DNA of 32,000 nt, taken from the NCBI RefSeq assembly GCF_000196355.1, contig NC_007614.1, positions 1,020,001 to 1,052,000 on the forward strand, given 5' to 3'. The notes below the pieces were generated by a model, which searched no databases, was not told the origin of the DNA, and worked only from the letters and a program-made list of their open reading frames with translations. Each line of letters begins with the position of its first letter. The first letter of the stretch is position 1. The position numbers were made by a program, and so were the translations under genes. Shown here one piece after another: positions 9,330 through 15,714 of the stretch. Source of the stretch: Nitrosospira multiformis ATCC 25196. GTDB lineage: Bacteria > Pseudomonadota > Gammaproteobacteria > Burkholderiales > Nitrosomonadaceae.

Positions 9330-9803
9330 ATGTATCAACGTATCCTGGTTCCAATAGACGGCAGCGCGACCTCCACTCTTGCACTCCAGGAAGTCTCGAA
9401 ACTTGCAAAGCAGCACAGCAGCCAGGTGGAACTGGTATATGTCATGGCTGATATTCATTTGATGGATGCCAACAGCTACATCAATTACGATGAAATGAAG
9501 GAATCCCTGGAGAGAACCGCCAGGAAGATATTGGCGGAGGCGCAAACATTGATGCAACAGGCAGGGGTTGCAGTCGAAGTGAAATTACTGGAAGCGGGTG
9601 GCGAGCGCATTGCCGGCGTAATACTCGAAGAAGCAAGGCGCTGGTCGGCCGAGTTGATCGTAATTGGCACACATGGGCGTTCCGGTTTCAGTCGCGTCCT
9701 GTTCGGGAGCGTCGCGGAAGGGATGGTGCGCATGGCACATATTCCCGTGCTGCTCATCCGCGGCGACAAAAGCCAGTTGCGTGAAAAGGAGCGCGCGACA
9801 TAG
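9330..9803 (+). CDS. Universal stress protein (UspA family)
   Basis: MYQRILVPIDGSATSTLALQEV...LIVIGTHGRSGFSRVLFGSVAEGMVRMAHIPVLLIR shows the classic Usp ATP-binding motif G-x2-G-x9-GS. Confidence 0.9.
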   Translation: MYQRILVPIDGSATSTLALQEVSKLAKQHSSQVELVYVMADIHLMDANSYINYDEMKESLERTARKILAEAQTLMQQAGVAVEVKLLEAGGERIAGVILEEARRWSAELIVIGTHGRSGFSRVLFGSVAEGMVRMAHIPVLLIRGDKSQLREKERAT

Positions 9804-9835
9804 TCCTGGCAGTTCTGGCGGAGGCTCCGGTCTTT

Positions 9836-9854
9836 CAGGCTTATCCTAAGCCTG
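9836..9854. other. Perfect 8-bp hairpin (CAGGCTTA-tcc-TAAGCCTG) between usp and the HPF gene
   Basis: Seen in the sequence. No U-tract follows, so it may be an attenuator, an operator or an RNA processing site rather than an intrinsic terminator. Confidence 0.3.
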
Positions 9855-9890
9855 GTGCAGTATGATTCTATCATCGAGAGGACATAAGTC

Positions 9891-10478
9891 ATGAAATTGC
9901 AACTTCAGATCACCACACGCGATATTCCCCATTCTGACGCACTGGAAAGCCATATTCGGCAAAAAGCGGAAAAGCTCGAGACTTTTTATCCCCAGATCAT
10001 GGGGTGCAGGATAGTCGTCGAGGTTCCTCACAAACACAAACACCAGGGCAACCTGTTCAATGTGCGGCTGGACATCACAGTGCCGGGAAAGGAGCTTGTG
10101 GTGACCCGTGAACCGAACGAGGATGTGTACGTTGCGCTGCGCGATGCATTCGACGCCGCAAAGCGTCAGCTCGAAGACTACGGACGGCGCCAGCGCGGTG
10201 AAGTCAAGGCGCATGCTCCCGTCCTGCATGGAAAGGTGGTACGGCTGATGCCGGAGGAAGGCTATGGTTTCGTCGAAACTTCGAGTGGACAGGAGTTGTA
10301 CTTTCATCGCGAAAATCTTGCCAACAATAACTTTGAGCAATTGGAAGAAGGAAGCGAGGTGCAGTTCCTCGAAGATATCGGCAGTGAAGGTTTTCAGGCA
10401 AAGCGCGTCAGTACAGGCAAGCGTCAGGTAGAAGAACCCGAAGAAGCAGAGCCGCGCTTGACAGGTTCGGCGGATTAG
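9891..10478 (+). CDS. HPF/RaiA-type ribosome hibernation domain fused to a C-terminal cold-shock (CSD/S1-like) domain
   Basis: The N-terminal ~100 aa, MKLQLQITTRDIPHSDALESHIRQKAEKLETFY...VYVALRDAFDAAKRQLEDY, match the S30EA/HPF fold pattern. The C-terminal HGKVVRLMPEEGYGFVETSSGQELYFHRENL...GSEVQFLEDIGSEGFQAKRV has the RNP1-like GYGF and YFHR motifs of cold-shock domains. Confidence 0.8.
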   Translation: MKLQLQITTRDIPHSDALESHIRQKAEKLETFYPQIMGCRIVVEVPHKHKHQGNLFNVRLDITVPGKELVVTREPNEDVYVALRDAFDAAKRQLEDYGRRQRGEVKAHAPVLHGKVVRLMPEEGYGFVETSSGQELYFHRENLANNNFEQLEEGSEVQFLEDIGSEGFQAKRVSTGKRQVEEPEEAEPRLTGSAD

Positions 10479-10551
10479 ACTAAGTCCGGCGCACTCAACC
10501 GAAGAATGTAAAGTGCAGGGAGCAAAGCGGCAAAGGGGATAGGAGATTGCC

Positions 10552-11133
10552 ATGAAAATGGACATAGGCACCGGTGATGCCCTTATCATAGTGGATGTGC
10601 AAAACGACTTTCTGCCCGGCGGAAGCCTTCCTGTACCGGCGGGAGATGAGGTCATCCCAAACCTTAACCGGTATATCGCAGCTTTTCTTTTTCGCGAATT
10701 ACCTATTTTCGCTACTCGCGACTGGCATCCGCCTGATCACTGCTCCTTTCATCAGCAAGGAGGGCCTTGGCCCGCGCACTGTATTGCCGGCACGCAGGGC
10801 GCGGCATTTCCGGCGAATCTTGAAATCCCCTGCGACACGCATATCATTTCCAAGGCCACCTCCAGGGAGAAAGATGCTTATTCCGGTTTTTCGGAAACAG
10901 AACTGGATGCCATGCTGAAATCCGCAGGAATTTCCCGTGTTTTCATCGGTGGCCTGGCTACGGATCATTGCGTTCTCAGTACCGTACGGGATGCCTTGAA
11001 CCAGGGGTATGACATCTTTGTTCTCAAGGATGCAGTACGGGGGCTGGATGCCGACGCAACCAGCGCCGCCCTAGAGGAAATGGCCCATCTGGGCGCAAAA
11101 CTCATCGATTTCGAAACCATTGTCCCTGCGTGA
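10552..11133 (+). CDS. pncA: Nicotinamidase / isochorismatase-family hydrolase
   Basis: ALIIVDVQNDFLPGGSLPV...ATRDWHPPDHCSF...GLATDHCV carries the catalytic Asp-Lys-Cys and metal-site pattern of PncA. Its stop overlaps the start of the next gene (GTGA at 11130-11133). Confidence 0.85.
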   Translation: MKMDIGTGDALIIVDVQNDFLPGGSLPVPAGDEVIPNLNRYIAAFLFRELPIFATRDWHPPDHCSFHQQGGPWPAHCIAGTQGAAFPANLEIPCDTHIISKATSREKDAYSGFSETELDAMLKSAGISRVFIGGLATDHCVLSTVRDALNQGYDIFVLKDAVRGLDADATSAALEEMAHLGAKLIDFETIVPA

Positions 11134-12503
11134 ACCCACTCTCCAGCCCGCTACTGACCGACCATTACCAGTTGACCATGCTGGAGAGCTACCTTCAGCA
11201 GGGAATGCAGGAAACTGCGGTTTTCGAGCTGTTTTTCCGCAAGCTTCCCCCGACCCGGAATTTTCTGGTGGCGGCGGGTCTGGAACAGGCGCTGGAATTC
11301 CTTGAGAACCTGCATTTTTCAGCGGGGGAGTTGACATGGCTCAAGGCCCGGTTTGGACCTGCTCTTGTAAATTACCTTGAACAATTCCGGTTTACCGGCG
11401 ATGTGGATGCAATGCCGGAAGGGACGCTTTTTTTTCCGGATGAGCCCATCCTTCGGATCACGGCGCCGCTGCCGCAAGCCCAGTTCGTTGAATCGCGTAT
11501 CATCAACCTGCTGCATTTCGAAACCCTGATCGCCTCAAAGGCAGCACGCTCAGTGCTGGTTGCGCCCGGCAAACTCCTGGTGGATTTCGGCATGCGCCGG
11601 GCACATGGAGCGGAAGCCGCGTTGCTTGCCGCCCGGGCAAGTTATCTTGCCGGTTTTTCCGGCACATCAACAGTACTTGCGGCGGCAATATATGGCATGC
11701 CTTCGTTCGGCACCGTTGCTCATTCCTACATTCAGGCCCATACAGACGAGACTGCCGCTTTCGAACATCTTGTGCGTTGCCATCCGAAAAACTCGACGCT
11801 GCTGATCGATACCTACGACACCGAGGCGGCTGCCATCAAGGTCGTCGCCCTGGCCCGCAAACTTGCACCGGAGGGCATCGAGGTAAGTGGCGTCCGGCTG
11901 GACAGCGGCGACTTGGGAATGCATGCCCGGCGCGTGCGCCGGATACTCGACGAGGGGAGACTCGAAAAAACCCGCATCTTTGCCAGCGGTAATCTGAACG
12001 AAAATCGGGTGCATGAACTGATTTCATCCGGCGCTCCCATTGACGGCTTTGGCGTGGGTACTGCATTAGACGTGTCGAGCGACGCTCCGGCGCTGGATTG
12101 CGCCTATAAGCTGCAGGAGTACGCCGGCAAGGCCCGCCGCAAACGCTCCGAGGGAAAAGCGACATGGCCGGGTCGGAAGCAGGTGTATCGCAAATATGAC
12201 CCGAATGGCCAAGCGATGCGCGATGTTATTGCACTGGAAAAGGATGATTCGCATGAGGGCGAGCCTTTAATTGTCCCTGTGATGCGGAATGGGCGGCGCA
12301 TTGAAGGGATCGACGGGAATGGGAAGCTGGAGGCCATCCGCCGGCGAACAGTGGCGAACTATGCCCGCCTGCCGGAACCCCTCCGATCGCTTGAAACGGC
12401 ATCCGCTTACCCGGTCGAAATCTCCCCCTCGCTGCAGGCTCTGGCAAAACAGGTGGATGACGAGTGCGGCCTCATTACCTCTACCCGGAACCTTTGCGTC
12501 TGA
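11130..12503 (+). CDS. pncB: Nicotinate phosphoribosyltransferase (about 450-aa class)
   Basis: 457 aa. The N-terminus is LLTDHYQLTMLESYLQQGM, followed by FGMRRAHG and GVRLDSGD, all characteristic of NAPRTase. It is translationally coupled to pncA. Confidence 0.85.
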   Translation: MNPLSSPLLTDHYQLTMLESYLQQGMQETAVFELFFRKLPPTRNFLVAAGLEQALEFLENLHFSAGELTWLKARFGPALVNYLEQFRFTGDVDAMPEGTLFFPDEPILRITAPLPQAQFVESRIINLLHFETLIASKAARSVLVAPGKLLVDFGMRRAHGAEAALLAARASYLAGFSGTSTVLAAAIYGMPSFGTVAHSYIQAHTDETAAFEHLVRCHPKNSTLLIDTYDTEAAAIKVVALARKLAPEGIEVSGVRLDSGDLGMHARRVRRILDEGRLEKTRIFASGNLNENRVHELISSGAPIDGFGVGTALDVSSDAPALDCAYKLQEYAGKARRKRSEGKATWPGRKQVYRKYDPNGQAMRDVIALEKDDSHEGEPLIVPVMRNGRRIEGIDGNGKLEAIRRRTVANYARLPEPLRSLETASAYPVEISPSLQALAKQVDDECGLITSTRNLCV

Positions 12504-12524
12504 GCGGGTGTTGACCTGACCTTC

Positions 12525-12548
12525 GTATCCTGCCGCGCTCGAGGATAC
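12525..12548. terminator. Hairpin between the convergent pncB and FGase genes
   Basis: GTATCCT-(10 nt)-AGGATAC forms a 7-bp stem. No clear U-tract appears on either strand. Confidence 0.25.
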
Positions 12549-12569
12549 CTTCGGAGGAGTAGGGACGGC

Positions 12570-13274
12570 TCATGCAACTGCCTCGTTGAGGGTGCCCGCC
12601 AGCAGGCTGCGTAACGCACGCCACCGCCAGCCGCCCTTGAGAATATGCTTCTGGTTGACCTCCAGTTCGATGCCGACGTAAGCATTGACAGGAAATCGGC
12701 GGCGCAGGTAGGTGGGGAAACCGTTTGCCGATCCGGTGTAGGGATAGTTGCGGCGTACCCTTAAATCGGGCATGTGGGCGGCAAGGCACACTCGCCAGCG
12801 GGTGCACAGTTCTTGCTCAAGATGGCGTGAGGGATCATAAAGCAGTCCGATATCGGTATTGCGAACTTCCCCCTTCAATTCGGGAGTGAAGCTGTGTGAG
12901 GAGATGTGGATTACCCTCAGGCCGGAGCGAATGGCATCCGCGATGTTCGCTTCCACCCAAGTGCGATAAGGCAAGTAGTGGTTCTTCAGAATCTCCTGGC
13001 GGACGGCGGCAGATGTGTTGCGCGTCGCTTCCGAATAAAGGCGGGGGTGACCGATCGAGCGGTTGAGGTCGATCAGCAGACGGCTTGTTGTAGCGGCGAA
13101 CAATGGCGAGTGCAGTGCCATGGCAAGTTTTTTAGCCAAGCCCAAAGCGCCGCTGTCATAGCCCCGGTGGCTGTGCAACAAATGCTCGTAGCCTTCGAAC
13201 AGCGGACGGTAGCGCGGTGGCATGCGGTTACCCCCATGTTCACAACTGATTAAAAAATGAATATTCGTCGGCAT
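12570..13274 (-). CDS. N-formylglutamate amidohydrolase (FGase) family protein
   Basis: 234 aa. FLISCEHGGNRMP...HSHRGYDSGA...IHISSHSFTP...GLLYDP...RNYPYTG shows the FGase-fold metal and substrate motifs (CEHxG, H..D, SxHSF). Confidence 0.8.
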   Translation of the reverse strand: MPTNIHFLISCEHGGNRMPPRYRPLFEGYEHLLHSHRGYDSGALGLAKKLAMALHSPLFAATTSRLLIDLNRSIGHPRLYSEATRNTSAAVRQEILKNHYLPYRTWVEANIADAIRSGLRVIHISSHSFTPELKGEVRNTDIGLLYDPSRHLEQELCTRWRVCLAAHMPDLRVRRNYPYTGSANGFPTYLRRRFPVNAYVGIELEVNQKHILKGGWRWRALRSLLAGTLNEAVA

Positions 13275-13304
13275 TCTGTTGAAGTCATATGCAACTCGTT
13301 CAAT

Positions 13305-14543
13305 TCATTTCAGAAACATGCGATTTTCGTCCAGACAATCGCACAGCTCGCGGTAGACCGTCTCCAACCGTCTCCTGCTGAAGTCGGAACCGATCGCATT
13401 CAGGATGCGGCGCGCAAGCGAGCCCTCTCTTAAAATGGTTTGCAGCGCTTCTCGGCAGCTTTTTCCTTGCCTGGATTCGACTGGCATCTCAGACTCGACA
13501 AGATGTCGCCACAGAACGCCAGCCGTGCAATCCGTACCCGGAAAACCCATCAGGCGAAGGTATGCCACATTATCGATTACGGCTTGCTCTGCGTCACGGA
13601 TGCAGGCATGCATGATCCTGACCAATGCTTCCGTGGCGATGGATTGCTGCGCGACCAGCGACGCGTAAGCTTCGCTATAGAGCGCATGCACGATATTGAT
13701 CGCAGCAGCGGCGATGGCAAAGTCAGCACTCGAGCATTCCTGGGTATCGATTACGCGGATCTCGATAGCGTTACGGTCAAAGCGGGGAATTTCCCCGCGC
13801 GCATTGAGCCACTCATGCTGTAGCATTTCTTCCGGATCGAGTGCTGCAATTTCGCGGTACATCGGCGCCAGAATCTTTTCTTCATAGGCGGCGGCACTGG
13901 AGACTGTTTCCGGGATTACCCGGCCGATGGTCGAGGGTACCTTCAGCTGGTGCTCGCAGTAATTTGCCATCCGGAAATCCAGGCAACCAGAATAGCTGCC
14001 TTCGGCGATCGGGGAGCTTGCCGCTACTGCTGGAAGAATGGGCAGCAGCAGCCGCACCGCGGCGTGAAGCCGCGCAAATTCATCGTCGTTTGCGAAAGGC
14101 ATGTTCAGGTGCATGCTTTGCAGGTTGGCCCAGCCATGTCTTCTGCAATCGAAGATATGGTCATAGGCCAGATAGATTTCCGCCTGCTCGTGCGGCCAAA
14201 GGCGGGTCTCCGTGCGGGGATTCATCCAGGGGTGCATGCCGGTCGGCATGAGCCGTGCATTCATCGATTCGAGCACCTTGCTGATCCGCCGGATTTCGCC
14301 TTGAAACGCGACAGACAGGGAGGAAATGTCCGGTTGCGGGTCGATGTTTTTCAGTTCGAGCAGATGCAGCACCAGCTCGTTCGACCATCCCAACTGGCCG
14401 TTCCCGGCCTCGGATGCAAACGCGCCGGTAAGCTTTCGCAGCAACTCGTCGGCAATAGGAACAATCGCGAGCGTATTCCGGTCGACAATCATGTACTCCA
14501 GTTCGATGCCATAACCTGTAAAGGCCGGCAATGCCGCAGTCAT
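13305..14543 (-). CDS. GCS2 / YbdK-like carboxylate-amine ligase (glutamate-cysteine ligase family 2)
   Basis: 412 aa. GYGIELEYMIVD...SNELVLHLLELKN...MHPW...MHLNMPF...IEIRVIDTQEC is the beta-grasp and ATP-site pattern of GCS2 / glutamine-synthetase-like amidoligases. Its start overlaps the upstream peptidase stop (ATGA, 14540-14543). Confidence 0.8.
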   Translation of the reverse strand: MTAALPAFTGYGIELEYMIVDRNTLAIVPIADELLRKLTGAFASEAGNGQLGWSNELVLHLLELKNIDPQPDISSLSVAFQGEIRRISKVLESMNARLMPTGMHPWMNPRTETRLWPHEQAEIYLAYDHIFDCRRHGWANLQSMHLNMPFANDDEFARLHAAVRLLLPILPAVAASSPIAEGSYSGCLDFRMANYCEHQLKVPSTIGRVIPETVSSAAAYEEKILAPMYREIAALDPEEMLQHEWLNARGEIPRFDRNAIEIRVIDTQECSSADFAIAAAAINIVHALYSEAYASLVAQQSIATEALVRIMHACIRDAEQAVIDNVAYLRLMGFPGTDCTAGVLWRHLVESEMPVESRQGKSCREALQTILREGSLARRILNAIGSDFSRRRLETVYRELCDCLDENRMFLK

Positions 14544-15280
14544 GTTGCCTTATCCGGCTCGTCTCGTGTTCGGATGACGAGCAGATTGGCATCATGCGTC
14601 ACGATGCCCAGCAGCACGGAGCACAATACCCGGTCGATGTTGCTCCAGTACTCCTGGGCCGGGCCGTATGGATCGGCGACAAGAACTGTACGCTTCTCGC
14701 GGTCATAACCGGTGAGTACGACAAAATGCCCGGCTGGAAAACCACGCACATCATCCGGTATGTCATTTGGCCCGTATTCCCGGGGAGCGCGGTAAAGGAA
14801 AGTGGAGCTCAGGCCAGTCAGGACAGGCAGGCCGCGACGTAAAAGGCCGTGGATGAGGGATTGCGAGAGGTCTGTGAGACGTAATCGTCCGCCTAAACGC
14901 AGAAACTCCAAATAACCCTCCGTGGCCCGTCGCAATCTCGAGTCCGACTTGATCTCGCGTTGCCGTTGCAGGCGTTCCGCGATATCCATCCCTGATGTGA
15001 ACCAGGTTGGATCGAAAACCATCAGGTTGTACGTATAGATGGTGGCATGGAAACCGTTTCGCAACGCATCGCAACCTAAAAAAACGGCAAAGGTTCCTCC
15101 ACCGTTTTCAAGCTTGTGGGTGCGGTCAATGATGGTGTCCAGCAGTTCCGCCTTGCCGAGATAGCTGTAGATGGCATGCAGGCACGTTGGACCACATGTC
15201 GTTTCATCGGGTTGCGGCAGTGTTTTGACGGGTAAGCGCAGTGTTGTTCTGAGCATGGCAAATGGGCGGCAGAGGCACAT
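14540..15280 (-). CDS. Papain-fold cysteine peptidase, C39-like (possibly DUF3335/RimB-like)
   Basis: LPQPDETTCGPTCLHAIYSYLG supplies the Gln oxyanion residue and catalytic Cys spacing of C39-like peptidases. GHFVVLTGYD...VADP supplies the His and Asp. The start may instead be the internal ATG at 15256 (MLRTT...). Confidence 0.65.
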   Translation of the reverse strand: MCLCRPFAMLRTTLRLPVKTLPQPDETTCGPTCLHAIYSYLGKAELLDTIIDRTHKLENGGGTFAVFLGCDALRNGFHATIYTYNLMVFDPTWFTSGMDIAERLQRQREIKSDSRLRRATEGYLEFLRLGGRLRLTDLSQSLIHGLLRRGLPVLTGLSSTFLYRAPREYGPNDIPDDVRGFPAGHFVVLTGYDREKRTVLVADPYGPAQEYWSNIDRVLCSVLLGIVTHDANLLVIRTRDEPDKAT

Positions 15281-15597
15281 GTCATGACAGCTTCGCTGTA
15301 GCTAAAGAACATGGGGAACATAGGAGCATGGGGATCCGCCATGGGGCTGTTCCCGGGCCGGCCTTGTTCGAAGTCCCTCTATAAAGGTTAGGTGATGCGC
15401 TGGAAGAAATCCAGTTCGTGGAGCATGCTCATCAAATGCTCTCTCTACTGGGGGAGAGGAATGGTGAGAGGATGGCAGTCGAAGAATCGAACGCTTTTCA
15501 GCGCAGATTTGTCGAAACCTCGGTTTCCAGTCAGGGGACCTACCCTGGCAGAAGGCACCAATCTGGCGCCGATCTCAATCTCTCCGCGCCTAGTCTT

Positions 15598-15672
15598 TTA
15601 GGCAAGCCAGACGCCAGCGAGATAACCGGAACAGACGGCAGAGCCGATAATAAGAAGATGGCCTTCAGCCAT
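15598..15672 (-). CDS. Candidate 24-aa hydrophobic micro-ORF (MAEGHLLIIGSAVCSGYLAGVWLA)
   Basis: Hand translation. It begins 43 nt downstream of the methyltransferase stop and upstream of the peptidase operon. The SD is only weak (AAGG, 4 nt upstream). It could be a chance ORF. Confidence 0.15.
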   Translation of the reverse strand: MAEGHLLIIGSAVCSGYLAGVWLA

Positions 15673-15714
15673 TTTGCCTTGCCACTTCTTCCGAGAACCT
15701 CGCTTGCCTATCAG

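Noticed and set aside
9846-10655. 269-aa minus-strand ORF
   Set aside because: It is antisense to the well-supported HPF::CSD gene and the pncA start. Its composition is low-complexity and shadow-frame-like, with no recognisable motifs.
13950-14708. 252-aa plus-strand ORF (and 13841..14251, 14161..14595)
   Set aside because: It is antisense or in an alternative frame to the GCS2 and peptidase genes, which have clear family motifs. Such open frames are typical GC-rich shadow ORFs.
15310-15346. Three CATGGGG(A) repeats upstream of the peptidase gene
   Set aside because: The spacing is irregular (17 and 13 bp) and the motif is short. The in-frame ORF they seed (15076..15342) has an implausible composition and overlaps the peptidase gene.
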